Counted from the stretch's first letter, positions 1 to 9,989 are shown. The stretch: DNA of 64,000 nt from an uncultured Methanomassiliicoccaceae archaeon (GCA_905187815.1 CAJJJM010000003.1:63575-127574), one strand, 5' to 3'. Numbers and translations: made by a program. The notes: generated from the sequence alone by a model not told the origin.

Positions 1-1556
1 TGGGTCTCAACGTGGCAGCCGACCCGATGATGACCCTGGCATATGCCGGGGTCACAGGCGGCATGCTCATCCTCACGGCCGACGATCCCTCGGCTCACAG
101 CTCGCAGAACGAGCAGGACAACCGCTACTATTCCCAGCTCGGCCTCCTGCCGATGGTGGAGCCGTCCACTCCCGCCGAGGCCAAGGACATGGTCAAGGCG
201 GCCTACGCCATCTCGTCGGAGACTTCGCTGCCCGTCCTCTTCAGGACCACCACCAGGGTCAACCACGCCCGCGGCGTGGTGGAGCTCGGGGACCTCGGCG
301 AGCCCAAGGGGAAGGGGCATTTCGAGAAGGACGTCGTGAGGTTCGTCAACATCCCCGCCCACGCCAGGGTCAACAGGAAGAGGCTGCTCGAGCAGATGAG
401 GAAGGCTTCCGAGCTCTCCGAGTCCTCGCCCCTGAACTTCGTGGAGGGCGACGGGGACGTGGGGATAATCACGTCTGGCGTATCGTACACCTATGTCAGG
501 GAGTTCGTCAAGGGCGCCAGCATCCTCAAGCTGGGATTCACCAACCCCCTTCCAGAGAACAAGATCGCCGAGTTCGTCAAGGGCAAGAGGTACGTCATCG
601 TAGTCGAGGAGCTCGAGCCCTTCCTTGAGGACCAGGTCCTCAGGATCTGCGCCCAGAGGTCCATATCCGTGCCCGTCTACGGTAAGAGGACGGGTCACCT
701 TCCGTACGCTTGGGAATACAACCCCAGGACTCTCGAGGGCATCTCGGAGCTGGCCGACGTCCAGACGTTCAGGGAGTCCATGCCGGTCTCTCAGGTCAAG
801 CTCCCCGGAAGGCCCCCGACGCTCTGCGCCGGCTGCCCCCACAGGGGGATGTATGCCGCGACCAAGAAGGCCGTCGGCTCCAAGGATGTCATCTACTGCT
901 CCGACATCGGATGCTACACCCTCGGTGTGGCTCCGCCGTTCCAGACCGCGGACTTCATCATATGCATGGGTGGGGGAGCCGGCGCCGCAGGAGGTTTCGC
1001 CGCCGCCACCGACCAGACGCCCATCGCGTTCATCGGGGACTCCACGTTCTTCCACGCGGGGGTCCCGGCTCTCGTGAATGCGCTGTTCAACGATCACAAG
1101 ATCATCATGGTCATCCTCGACAACCGCACCACGGCGATGACCGGTCACCAGCCCAATCCGGGCACAGGCAGGGAGTTCGGAGGCATCGTCACCGAGCCCA
1201 TCGACATCGAGAAGCTCGTACGCGGAATCGGTGTGAAGTACGTCGAGGAGGTCAATCCCTACGACGTCAAGGCCGCCACCAAGGCCATGAAGGGCGCTCT
1301 CGAACACGACGGCGTGGCCGTCATCATATCCAAGTGCCCTTGCCCCCTGGAGCTCAAGAAGCGCAGGATGCTGGAGGCCAAGAGGTGCGAGGTCGACCAG
1401 TCCAAGTGCATCCAGTGCTACACATGCCTGAAGATGATCGCCTGTCCCGCTCTGATCAAGAGGGGCGACTCCGTCGAGACGGATCCGACGCAGTGCATCG
1501 GGTGCGGCATGTGTGCCAACGTGTGCCCCAAGGGCGCAATAGAGGTGAGGAGATGA
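1..1556 (+). CDS. iorA: indolepyruvate:ferredoxin oxidoreductase alpha subunit (IorA), 5'-truncated by window edge
   Basis: 514-aa ORF with TPP-binding region and two 4Fe-4S ferredoxin motifs (CIQCYTC...CP, CIGCGMCANVCP); stop overlaps start of next gene (ATGA). Confidence 0.85.
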   Translation, partial: GLNVAADPMMTLAYAGVTGGMLILTADDPSAHSSQNEQDNRYYSQLGLLPMVEPSTPAEAKDMVKAAYAISSETSLPVLFRTTTRVNHARGVVELGDLGEPKGKGHFEKDVVRFVNIPAHARVNRKRLLEQMRKASELSESSPLNFVEGDGDVGIITSGVSYTYVREFVKGASILKLGFTNPLPENKIAEFVKGKRYVIVVEELEPFLEDQVLRICAQRSISVPVYGKRTGHLPYAWEYNPRTLEGISELADVQTFRESMPVSQVKLPGRPPTLCAGCPHRGMYAATKKAVGSKDVIYCSDIGCYTLGVAPPFQTADFIICMGGGAGAAGGFAAATDQTPIAFIGDSTFFHAGVPALVNALFNDHKIIMVILDNRTTAMTGHQPNPGTGREFGGIVTEPIDIEKLVRGIGVKYVEEVNPYDVKAATKAMKGALEHDGVAVIISKCPCPLELKKRRMLEAKRCEVDQSKCIQCYTCLKMIACPALIKRGDSVETDPTQCIGCGMCANVCPKGAIEVRR

Positions 1557-2161
1557 AGTACACCATCCAGATCGTCGGAGTCGGAGGGCAGGGCGTCCTG
1601 CTCGCATCCATGGTCCTTGGCAACGCCGCCATGAACAGGGGATACAAGGTCGCCATGAGCGAGGTCCACGGAATGGCCCAGAGGGGAGGGAGCGTCCTGT
1701 CGACCGTCCGTTTCGGCGACGAAGTCATCAGCCCTCTGGAGGCCGACGGCTGCGCGGACCTCATCATGGGGTTCGAGCCCACCGAGACCGTCAGGAACCT
1801 TCCGCTCGGGAACAGGGACACCCTCGTCCTGATGAACCTCGACCCGGTGTTCCCGTCAATGGTCGCCGCAGGTTTCGAGAAGTATCCCGAGATCGACGAC
1901 CTCATCGCATCGGTCACCGACGTCAATCCCAACCTGGTGACCCTTGACGCCACCAAGCTGGCGATCGAGGCCGGCAAGGCCGTCGCCGCGAACGCTGTGA
2001 TGATCGGCGCCGTCGCCGCGATGAAGGGCTTCCCTCTGATGAAGGACGACCTCCTGGAGGCGCTCAAGGCCCAGGTCCCGGAGAAGTTCCTGGAGCTCAA
2101 CGTCAAGGCCTTCGAGCTCGGCTACAACGCCGTGAGGAACCGAGGGCGATCGGCCCTTTGA
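1553..2161 (+). CDS. iorB: indolepyruvate oxidoreductase beta subunit (IorB)
   Basis: ATG at 1553 overlapping iorA stop; ~200 aa; MKYTIQIVGVGGQGV N-terminus typical of IorB/pyruvate-ferredoxin oxidoreductase gamma-like subunits. Confidence 0.85.
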   Translation: MKYTIQIVGVGGQGVLLASMVLGNAAMNRGYKVAMSEVHGMAQRGGSVLSTVRFGDEVISPLEADGCADLIMGFEPTETVRNLPLGNRDTLVLMNLDPVFPSMVAAGFEKYPEIDDLIASVTDVNPNLVTLDATKLAIEAGKAVAANAVMIGAVAAMKGFPLMKDDLLEALKAQVPEKFLELNVKAFELGYNAVRNRGRSAL

Positions 2162-2169
2162 AAACATCC

Positions 2170-2189
2170 GCCCGGGGGATCCCCCGGGC
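2170..2189. terminator. perfect inverted repeat gcccggggg-at-cccccgggc between convergent iorB and pncB
   Basis: 9-bp arms read directly from sequence, located between two convergent stop codons; candidate bidirectional terminator hairpin. Confidence 0.45.
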
Positions 2190-2261
2190 ACTTCAGATTA
2201 AACTTGGGTCGCCGTATTGTCTAACCCAGGGTGCACGGACATCCATTCACCACTCCGAGGC

Positions 2262-3716
2262 TCAGTTGAAGTCGTCTGCCTTCCTGAGCAGGTCCATCTT
2301 GAACTCGTAGTACGTGGGGCTCATGTCCATGTGGTGGATGTGGGGGTTCTCGAACCTCTGCTCCTCCTGCCAGATCTCCTCCCTGAGCTGCCTGTCCACA
2401 TACTCCCTTATTTCCTTCAGGTCCCTCGGCTCGGCTACGCGCCTTCCGTCCCTGATGACGGGGCGGAGGAGCTCCCTGCAGGTGCAGTCCACGAGGCGGA
2501 TGTCCTTCCATGGTTTGACCGGGTCCACCACCCTGTACGGCTCGCTGAGGTCGACCGTCTCGCCCTCGAGGGCGATCAGGTCGCAGACCGCGTGCCCGGT
2601 GGTGTCGTATACACGGTACACCTTCTTCCTGCCCGGATTGGTGATCTTCTCCACAGCCTCCGAGACCTTGATCGTCGGACGGACGACACCCCTCTTCTCA
2701 ATGGCCGCGATCTTGTACACGGCCCCGAAGACCGGGTCGCTCTTGGCGGTGATCAGCCTCTCGCCGACCCCGAAGGCGTCTATCTTGGCGCCCTGGTCTA
2801 TGATCGATGTTATCGAGTACTCGTCGAGGCTGTTGGAAGCGATGATCCTGCAGTCCTCGAGTCCTGCCACGTCGAGCATCCTGCGGACTTCCTTCGTGAG
2901 GTAGGCGAGGTCGCCGGAATCCAGACGAACGCCCTTCAGGCGCTTGCCCATTGGCTCGAGGATCTCTTTCGCACATCTTATGGCGTTGGGGGTTCCGGAT
3001 CTCAGTACATCGTACGTGTCGATCAGCAGGACGGTGTCGTCCGGATAGATCTCGGCATACTTCCTGAACGCCTCGTACTCGGAGTCGAAGTACATCACCC
3101 AGCTGTGGGCCATGGTCCCGCTGACGGGTATCCCGAACATCTGCCCCGCGAGGACGGTGGCGGTTCCGACCACCCCTCCGATGTACGCCGCTCTCGCACC
3201 GTAGACGGCGGCGTCCATGTTGTGGGCCCTGCGGGCGCCGAAGTCCGACACCGCCCTTCCCTGGGCCGCCCTGACGATGCGCCTTGCCTTTGTAGCGATG
3301 AGCGACTGATGATTGACGAGGGCCAGTATCGCAGTCTCCGCCAGCTGTGCATCGATCATGGGTGCCGTGACGGTGATGATGGGCTCGTTGGGGTAGATGA
3401 TGGTGCCCTCGTCCATGGCGTACACATCGCCCTTGAAGCGATAGGTGCGCAGGTACTCCAGGAACCTCTCGTCGAACATCCCGAGGGAGCGGAAGTACTC
3501 AATGTCCTCATCCTCGAAATGCATGTGCTCGATGAAGTCCACGACCTGCTCCAGCCCTGCGAAAATTGCGTATCCGCCGTTGTCAGGGACCTTGCGGAAG
3601 AACACGTCGAACGTAGCTCTGTCATGTCCGCAGGCCTCATGCAGGTATCCGTTGGACATCGTCATCTCATACAGGTCCATCATCATGGACAGGTTACGCT
3701 CGTCGAACATGCTCAT
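2262..3716 (-). CDS. pncB: nicotinate phosphoribosyltransferase
   Basis: ~485 aa from ATG at 3716 (MSMFDERNLSMMMDLYEM...); full-length similarity pattern to NAPRTase family (pncB). Confidence 0.85.
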   Translation of the reverse strand: MSMFDERNLSMMMDLYEMTMSNGYLHEACGHDRATFDVFFRKVPDNGGYAIFAGLEQVVDFIEHMHFEDEDIEYFRSLGMFDERFLEYLRTYRFKGDVYAMDEGTIIYPNEPIITVTAPMIDAQLAETAILALVNHQSLIATKARRIVRAAQGRAVSDFGARRAHNMDAAVYGARAAYIGGVVGTATVLAGQMFGIPVSGTMAHSWVMYFDSEYEAFRKYAEIYPDDTVLLIDTYDVLRSGTPNAIRCAKEILEPMGKRLKGVRLDSGDLAYLTKEVRRMLDVAGLEDCRIIASNSLDEYSITSIIDQGAKIDAFGVGERLITAKSDPVFGAVYKIAAIEKRGVVRPTIKVSEAVEKITNPGRKKVYRVYDTTGHAVCDLIALEGETVDLSEPYRVVDPVKPWKDIRLVDCTCRELLRPVIRDGRRVAEPRDLKEIREYVDRQLREEIWQEEQRFENPHIHHMDMSPTYYEFKMDLLRKADDFN

Positions 3717-4015
3717 TTCGTCACCCCGATGATTCGGATTCCATCGCAACATCCCGCGACGTTCTCTTTTGAACGTCGATGCGCAATGTGCGGTTCTCCA
3801 ATCCACGGGGCGAATGCACGCTTCTCGTACATGATTGCTTTGTCATCCGGTGGGTGCACGGATTGCAGGGGCCGATGCGTCAGAACATACATGTGACTAT
3901 AAAGGCCGTGTCGAGCAAGAAGCCGTCTTTCGGACAGGCCGATCGGCCTGCTGAGGAAACATAGATTGCAGGAGGGCGGCGCCCTCCTGCTGGGGGAGAA
4001 AAGCGTGATTTGTGA

Positions 4016-4720
4016 TTAGGCGCTGATGAGGGTCTCGATCGGGTACTTCTCCTTCCTGGAGGAGTCCCTTGTGGACTTGACCGGCCTCTGCCTGGAGACC
4101 TCGTTGACGAATGTCTCCTCGACTGCCGCCACGCAGTCCATGACATGCCTCATGATGCTCCTGTTGACCTCACTGAATGCGCGGTCCATCGTGAGGTCGG
4201 GCATTCTGGCGAGGACCAGATCGTTGTCGACGAGTATCGTGTGCTCGCATACGGACCTGATGTGCCTGTAGCCCTCCTTTGCGATCTCCTTGCGCCTTCC
4301 CTCGAAAGAGAAGGGGCTGATCGCGACCGCGAACGTGAGGATGCCCTGAGACCTGGCGGCATCGATGACGACCGACGCCGCTCCGGTGCCGGTTCCGCCT
4401 CCGAGTCCTGCGATCACGAAGACGACATCGTGTCCGGAAAGTGCCTGCCTGATCTCCTCCTTGTGGATATCGGCGCACTTCTTCCCGATTACAGCGTCCC
4501 CGTGGGCTCCCTCACCCTTCAGGACCTCCTTGCAGATGTAGATCTTCGTGTCCGCATCGGTTGCATGGAGTCCATCCTTGTCGGTGTTGATTGCAATGGT
4601 GTCCACTGCGCAGAGCGAGTCGCTGAAAGCGCTGACGACGTTGCATCCCGCACCGCCAACGCCGACGACCGCGATACGCGGTTCGACTGCGATCTCTATG
4701 TCGTTTCCAGTCATGTGCAT
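4016..4720 (-). CDS. short FtsZ/tubulin-like GTPase (GTPase domain only)
   Basis: Tubulin/FtsZ signature GGGTGTG (AGLGGGTGTGAAS), N-terminal GVGGAG motif, LVDNDLV helix-7-like segment; only ~234 aa, lacks FtsZ C-terminal domain. Confidence 0.65.
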   Translation of the reverse strand: MHMTGNDIEIAVEPRIAVVGVGGAGCNVVSAFSDSLCAVDTIAINTDKDGLHATDADTKIYICKEVLKGEGAHGDAVIGKKCADIHKEEIRQALSGHDVVFVIAGLGGGTGTGAASVVIDAARSQGILTFAVAISPFSFEGRRKEIAKEGYRHIRSVCEHTILVDNDLVLARMPDLTMDRAFSEVNRSIMRHVMDCVAAVEETFVNEVSRQRPVKSTRDSSRKEKYPIETLISA

Positions 4721-4828
4721 CACCCGTTGCTTCAACTTTCCGTGTAAAGCGTTTGAATAGCATCCGGCGGCCTCGGCTTTCACCGTTCCCATCCGGCCGA
4801 CGGATGCGATTTCCCATCCCTTTTCTCT

Positions 4829-5197
4829 TCACTTGAGTGCAGCGTTGCGCTGAGCGGTTCTGAAGGAGTCGCTGAGCGCCTCCTCCTCGATCGTCTTCGG
4901 GACGATCTTCTCGAGCACGCACCTGCGGATGAACTCCTCCTCGTTCAGGCATATTCCGCGCTGAACGAGCTGGTTAAGCGCATCCATGTGCAGGTCGCTG
5001 AGGCGGACGAAGATCCCGCCTTCCGAGGGCACCTGTCCGGCAGGAGAGTCGTATGTCTCCATGTACCTCTTGATGGCCTCGCGGATGAACACCGACTTGT
5101 TCTCGAGATCGCGCTCACCCATGAAGTCCTCCAGTGCCTGGAGCTCCTCGGTTCCCATCCTGAGGGTGATCTTGATTCCGTCGTCGGTCATGTCCAT
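4829..5197 (-). CDS. tandem ribbon-helix-helix (CopG/NikR-like) domain protein
   Basis: Two RHH-like beta-alpha-alpha segments (IKITLRMGTEELQALEDF; VRLSDLHMDALNQLVQRG...EEEFIRR); directly upstream of ftsZ-like gene on same strand. Confidence 0.5.
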   Translation of the reverse strand: MDMTDDGIKITLRMGTEELQALEDFMGERDLENKSVFIREAIKRYMETYDSPAGQVPSEGGIFVRLSDLHMDALNQLVQRGICLNEEEFIRRCVLEKIVPKTIEEEALSDSFRTAQRNAALK

Positions 5198-5600
5198 CCA
5201 AACCTTTTGCAAGAGAGAGTTATTCCCATCCCTTCCCGCTTGCAGATGAGATTATGTCTTACGTGATATTTAAAGATTGTCGGACAAAAGTAAGACAAAC
5301 GTCTGACGGCGATTTCAGCACCGGAATGATAGAATTCCAGCACAATCCCACCGTCACAGGGTCCCGGCAATCCGCACAGGATCGTCATGGTCCCTGTCTT
5401 CGTTACGGAATAGGTCTGATTCACTAGATAAACCCTGTTGTCTTCCAGGACGTCGGACGGCGTCATACGTGTCCGTCGGACCTGTTTGTCTTACATGTCC
5501 GACACGTCATACGGCAGTGTCCGACACCCACCCCGTCGATTCCCTATAACAGAGTTTTTATCGGATTCCCTTATACGCGCACACGTTAAAAGGGATCCAA

Positions 5601-8486
5601 ATGGCCAACGACTACGGAACAATGGAAGCCAAATGGCAGGCCCGCTGGGCCGAGGCCGGTCTGGACAGATCCGAGAGGGACGAGTCCAAGCCCAAGTTCA
5701 TGATCATCTTCGCATACCCCGGTGTGACGGGATACCTGCATGTCGGTCACCTCCGCGGCTACACCTATGTGGACGCGATCAACAGGTACAAGCGCATGAC
5801 AGGATACAATGTGCTCTTCCCTGTGGGCACCCATGCCACTGGTAACGGTGGGATCTCACTCTTCAACAGGATCTCCCGCGGCGATGAGGCCACCATCGAC
5901 TACCTCAAGAGGAACGGCTGCACAGACGAGGAGCTCGCGTCCCTCAAGGATCCGATGTCCGTCGTCGAGTTCTTCAACAAGGTCTATGTCAACGATTACT
6001 GGAAGAGGTTCGGCTTCCTCGCCGACTGGAGGAGGTTCACATGCACCCTCTATCCCGACTACGGCAAGTTCATCCAGTGGCAGTTCAGGAAGCTCCATGA
6101 CGCCGGGCTGCTGATCCAGAAGCCGTACTATGCCCCCGCCTGCCCCAGCTGCGGGCCCGTCGCGGTCGATCCCTCCGAGACGGACATCTCCAAGGGCGGA
6201 AGGGCGGAGACTCAGGAGTACACCCTCCTGAAGTTCAGGCACGGCGACGAGTTCCTCATCGCCGCCACCCTCAGGCCCGAGACCGTGTACGGCCAGGTGT
6301 GCTTCTGGGTCAACCCCGAGGTCGAATACAGGAGGATAAGGAAGGACGGTGAGGTCTGGATCGTCTCCCCGCAGGCGTCCGAGAAGCTGCAGCTCCAGAA
6401 GGACGGCATCGAGGAGATCGGAACGATCCCCGGAGCCGAGATGATCGGATGGATGTGCGAGGCTCCCATGATCCACAGGGAGATCCCCGTGTTCCCCGCC
6501 ACGTTCTGCGACCCCGACGTGGGTACCGGCCTCGTCACCTCAGTCCCGTCGGACGCTCCAGACGACTGGATCTCCCTCGAGGCTGTGAAGAAGGATCCCG
6601 CCCTCAAGGACAGGTACGGACTCTCGCAGGAGCTCATCGATTCGGTGGTGCCCATATCCATCATCGAGATGAAGGGCTATGGGGACTTCCCCGCGAAGGA
6701 CATGATCGACAAGCTGGGCATCAAGCAGCCCGGCGACCCCAAGCTGGTCGAGGCCAAGAAGCAGGTCTACAAGGACGGCTACCACATGGGCCGCATGAAG
6801 GCGGTCTGCGGCGAGTACGCCGGACTCCGCGTCGAGGAGGCCAAGGACAAGATGCGCCAGGCGATGATTGACGCAGGGGAGGCCGAGCCTTTCTACGACC
6901 TCACCGAGGAGGTCGTGTGCAGGTGCGGACGCAGGGTCCACATCAGGAGGATCGACGACCAGTGGTTCATCAACTACGCCGACAAGGATCTGACCGAGAG
7001 GACCTCCGAGCACTGCAGGACCATGGACATCAACCCGCCGGAGTACGCGGACAACGTCCACGGGGTCCTCGACTGGTTCAGGGAGAGGGCATGCGTCAGG
7101 CTGGGCAACTGGCTCGGCACCAGGTTCCCGTACGACGACAAGTGGATCATCGAGGCCATCTCGGACTCCACCCTGTACCCCATCTACTACACAATATCGC
7201 TTTACGCCAACTCCCATCAGATCGAGCCCGAGCAGATGACCGAGGAGTTCTTCGACTACGTGCTCCTCGGCAAGGGTGTGCCCTCCGACGTCGCAGCGTC
7301 CACCGGCATCGCCCAGGACCTCATCGAGAGGATGAGGGCGGACGTGTTGTACTGGTACCCCCTGGACATCAACCTCGGTGGAAAGGAGCACATGACAGTC
7401 CACTTCCCCGCGTTCCTGTTCAACCACGTGGCCATCCTCCCCCAGGAGATGTGGCCCCGCGGCATCACCGTCAACTGGTACATCACCGGGAAGAACAGCG
7501 ACAAGATCTCCAAGTCCAAGGGAGGTGCGCAGCCCATCCCAGGTGCCGCAGCCAAGTTCGGCGTCGATGCGATGAGGCTGTACTATGCCCATGTCGCATC
7601 CATGTTCGTGGATGTCGAGTGGAGCGAGGACACAGTGATGACCTACAGGCAGAGGGTCGACAGGATCTTCGGGGCCGTCCAGGACCTCATCGCATCTGAG
7701 TCCGATTCCCCCAAGGGCGAGATGGACGCATGGCTCATGTCCAGGTTCAACACGCATCTAAACGAGATCAGGGCCGCGATGGAGAAGTACGACCTCAGGC
7801 AGATGACCACCACGGTCTACTTCGACATGTACAACGACATCAAGTGGTACTCCAGAAGGGGAGGCAGCAACGCCGAGACCATCCGCGCAGCCCTGAAGAT
7901 CTGGATCCAGGCCATGATGCCCGTCACCCCCCACACTGCCGAGGAGCTGTGGGAGTCGGCCGGGTTCGAGGGCCTCGTCTCCGCATGCCAGCTGCCGGAC
8001 GCCGATCCCGAGGCGATCTCCGCCTCGTCCGAGTACGGAGAGAACCTCATCCGCGACGTGATGTCCGACATCACCGAGATCAGGAAGATCGCGAAGATGG
8101 AGCCCACCAGGATCGTCTTCTACACCTCCGCCGAGTGGAAGAGGGAGGTCATGAGGAAGGGTGCGGCGATGCTCGCCGAGGGCGGCCTCACCGTCCCGGC
8201 GCTCACAAAGGCCTGCATGTCCGACGAATCCATAAAGAGGAACGGCAAGGCCGCGCAGGAGCTGGCCAAGAAGGTCGCCATCGAGTTCTCCAGGTCCTCC
8301 CCGGAGTCCAAGAGGCCGCTGTACGAGACCGACGAGTTCTTGCTGCTCTCTTCTGCCAAGGGATTCCTGGCCGAGGAGACCGGACTCGAGGTGGAGGTGC
8401 TCTCCGCCGATGCCGAGGGCGTCTACGACCCGCAGAACAAGGCCAGGGCCGCCGCGCCCGGAAGGCCCGCCATCCTGCTGGAGTGA
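5601..8486 (+). CDS. leuS: leucyl-tRNA synthetase, archaeal type
   Basis: 961 aa; HIGH motif (HVGH), KMSKS motif (KISKSKG), class I aaRS architecture with editing domain. Confidence 0.95.
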   Translation: MANDYGTMEAKWQARWAEAGLDRSERDESKPKFMIIFAYPGVTGYLHVGHLRGYTYVDAINRYKRMTGYNVLFPVGTHATGNGGISLFNRISRGDEATIDYLKRNGCTDEELASLKDPMSVVEFFNKVYVNDYWKRFGFLADWRRFTCTLYPDYGKFIQWQFRKLHDAGLLIQKPYYAPACPSCGPVAVDPSETDISKGGRAETQEYTLLKFRHGDEFLIAATLRPETVYGQVCFWVNPEVEYRRIRKDGEVWIVSPQASEKLQLQKDGIEEIGTIPGAEMIGWMCEAPMIHREIPVFPATFCDPDVGTGLVTSVPSDAPDDWISLEAVKKDPALKDRYGLSQELIDSVVPISIIEMKGYGDFPAKDMIDKLGIKQPGDPKLVEAKKQVYKDGYHMGRMKAVCGEYAGLRVEEAKDKMRQAMIDAGEAEPFYDLTEEVVCRCGRRVHIRRIDDQWFINYADKDLTERTSEHCRTMDINPPEYADNVHGVLDWFRERACVRLGNWLGTRFPYDDKWIIEAISDSTLYPIYYTISLYANSHQIEPEQMTEEFFDYVLLGKGVPSDVAASTGIAQDLIERMRADVLYWYPLDINLGGKEHMTVHFPAFLFNHVAILPQEMWPRGITVNWYITGKNSDKISKSKGGAQPIPGAAAKFGVDAMRLYYAHVASMFVDVEWSEDTVMTYRQRVDRIFGAVQDLIASESDSPKGEMDAWLMSRFNTHLNEIRAAMEKYDLRQMTTTVYFDMYNDIKWYSRRGGSNAETIRAALKIWIQAMMPVTPHTAEELWESAGFEGLVSACQLPDADPEAISASSEYGENLIRDVMSDITEIRKIAKMEPTRIVFYTSAEWKREVMRKGAAMLAEGGLTVPALTKACMSDESIKRNGKAAQELAKKVAIEFSRSSPESKRPLYETDEFLLLSSAKGFLAEETGLEVEVLSADAEGVYDPQNKARAAAPGRPAILLE

Positions 8487-8490
8487 TCCT

Positions 8491-8946
8491 GTGTTCATAG
8501 ACCTGGCAAGGAGCAGGAAGACCTGCAGGACCTTCAAGGAGGAGCCCCTGACCGAGGAGGAGATGGGGCTCATCATGGAGGCGGGCCGTCTGGCCCCCTC
8601 ATCCAGGAAGCTGGACGACGTGCGCCTGGTCCCTGTAAGGGACGTCTCCCTCATCAGGAGGCTGGCGCTGTGCAAGCCCTCCTCCACCACGCCCCTCGAG
8701 ACGGCGACCTTCGCCGTCATCGTGGCCGCAGACCCCAGGGTATGCGACGTATGGATCGAGGACGCGTCCATCGCCACCATAATGATCCAACTGGAGGCGG
8801 AGGACCTGGGTCTGGGAAGCTGTTGGGTGCAGGTCAGGCTCAGGGACTCGGATTCCGGCACTGCGGAGGAGTTCGTCATCCGTGAGGCGGGACTGGACCC
8901 GGAGTGGAAGGTCCTGTCCATAGTGGCGATCGGCAGGAAGGCATGA
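8491..8946 (+). CDS. nitroreductase family protein
   Basis: GTG start 5 nt after leuS stop; ~150 aa nitroreductase-fold sequence (RKTCRTFKEEPL..., LGLGSCWV). Confidence 0.65.
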   Translation: MFIDLARSRKTCRTFKEEPLTEEEMGLIMEAGRLAPSSRKLDDVRLVPVRDVSLIRRLALCKPSSTTPLETATFAVIVAADPRVCDVWIEDASIATIMIQLEAEDLGLGSCWVQVRLRDSDSGTAEEFVIREAGLDPEWKVLSIVAIGRKA

Positions 8947-9461
8947 ACGGTCTGGAGCTGCTGCCCCTGGACCCCTCCGTCGAGGATGAGGCCAGGGAGC
9001 TCTACCTCTCCGCCTTCCCGGAGCGCGAGCGCATACCGTTCGACACGCTCCTACGGATGGCGGAGGGTCCAGACTGCAGGTTCCTCTGGATGTCCGTGGA
9101 CGGGAGGTTCTCAGGCCTCGTCTATCTGGTGGAGTCGGAGCGTCTGGTCTTCCTCCTGTATCTGGCGGTTTCCCCCGGGTCCCGCTGCTCCGGATTGGGC
9201 TCGGACGCGGTGTGGCTCGTCAAGTGCGGATGCGGGGGAAGGAGGCTCTTCCTGAACATAGAGCCCACGGACGAGCCCGCCGAGAACATCGGCCAGAGGC
9301 TCCGCAGGACCCGTTTCTACGAGCGCAACGGCTTCTCACCACAGTGCAACTACAACACGCCGGACGGCGTCAGGTACATGCTTCTGAGCTGGGGCGGACC
9401 GGTGACGCCGGAGGAGGCCACCGACTTCTACGGGTCGCATATGTCCCTGATCTCGGAGTAA
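8943..9461 (+). CDS. GNAT family N-acetyltransferase
   Basis: ATG overlapping previous stop (ATGA); ~172 aa with GNAT core (LAVSPGSRCSGLGS..., RFYERNGF). Confidence 0.7.
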   Translation: MNGLELLPLDPSVEDEARELYLSAFPERERIPFDTLLRMAEGPDCRFLWMSVDGRFSGLVYLVESERLVFLLYLAVSPGSRCSGLGSDAVWLVKCGCGGRRLFLNIEPTDEPAENIGQRLRRTRFYERNGFSPQCNYNTPDGVRYMLLSWGGPVTPEEATDFYGSHMSLISE

Positions 9462-9524
9462 ACAACGTTAAATCCTATCCATGCGATGTCGTCCCGCCGT
9501 GTCCGACGCGGAGGGGATAATCAC

Positions 9525-9989
9525 ATGATCAAGACGACATTCGACATCGGGGAAGTGGCTGACGCGGTATCGTTCTGGATACCCGGTTTCCGTTGCGGTG
9601 ATGCCACGCAGAACGTCTCCGCCGGCGATCATGCGGAGTACAGACTCAGATGCACCCGCAACGAGCTCATAGACGATTTCGAAGTCGCGGTGGAGGCGGT
9701 CTCCGACACGGAGGCCAGGGTGACGGTCACAGGCATGGACGGCAGATCGGCCGAGAGGACTATGCCGCTGGGGGACGACGGGGCGCTCGGATCCATACAC
9801 GGGCCGATGGTGCCGATGGCCGTCGAGGAGCTTCCGACCAGGGATGGCGGCAGGGAGTACACCGTGAGCATGTTCTCCGGGAAGAGGTCCGGGATGGCAT
9901 GGGTGAGGGACGGTGTCGCCTATAGGACGATCCACGACCATGGCGGGTACAGGCTCTGCTTCGATCTCGAGGGGAGCTTCCTTCACTGA
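9525..9989 (+). CDS. hypothetical protein
   Basis: ORF with GAGGGG RBS-like element upstream of ATG at 9525; codon usage consistent with neighbours; no recognisable domain. Confidence 0.45.
   Translation: MIKTTFDIGEVADAVSFWIPGFRCGDATQNVSAGDHAEYRLRCTRNELIDDFEVAVEAVSDTEARVTVTGMDGRSAERTMPLGDDGALGSIHGPMVPMAVEELPTRDGGREYTVSMFSGKRSGMAWVRDGVAYRTIHDHGGYRLCFDLEGSFLH

Noticed and set aside
710-2161. 483-aa + strand ORF spanning iorA and iorB in another frame
   Set aside because: The N-terminal 280 aa are Arg/Gly/His-rich low-complexity sequence typical of an out-of-frame reading of GC-rich coding DNA. Only the last ~200 aa, from ATG 1553, correspond to a real protein (IorB).
2217-3896. 559-aa + strand ORF antisense to pncB
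   Set aside because: It overlaps the well-supported pncB gene entirely, has Val/His/Asp/Gly-rich composition and shows no motifs. It is an antisense GC-rich artefact.
5188-5466. 92-aa minus-strand ORF inside the leuS upstream repeat region
   Set aside because: It lies within repeat-rich non-coding DNA, has no RBS or promoter context and has atypical composition. It is likely spurious.
6540-8921. Long minus-strand ORFs (405 and 387 aa) antisense to leuS
   Set aside because: They overlap the unambiguous leuS CDS and have low-complexity Gly/Val/Asp/Leu-rich composition.
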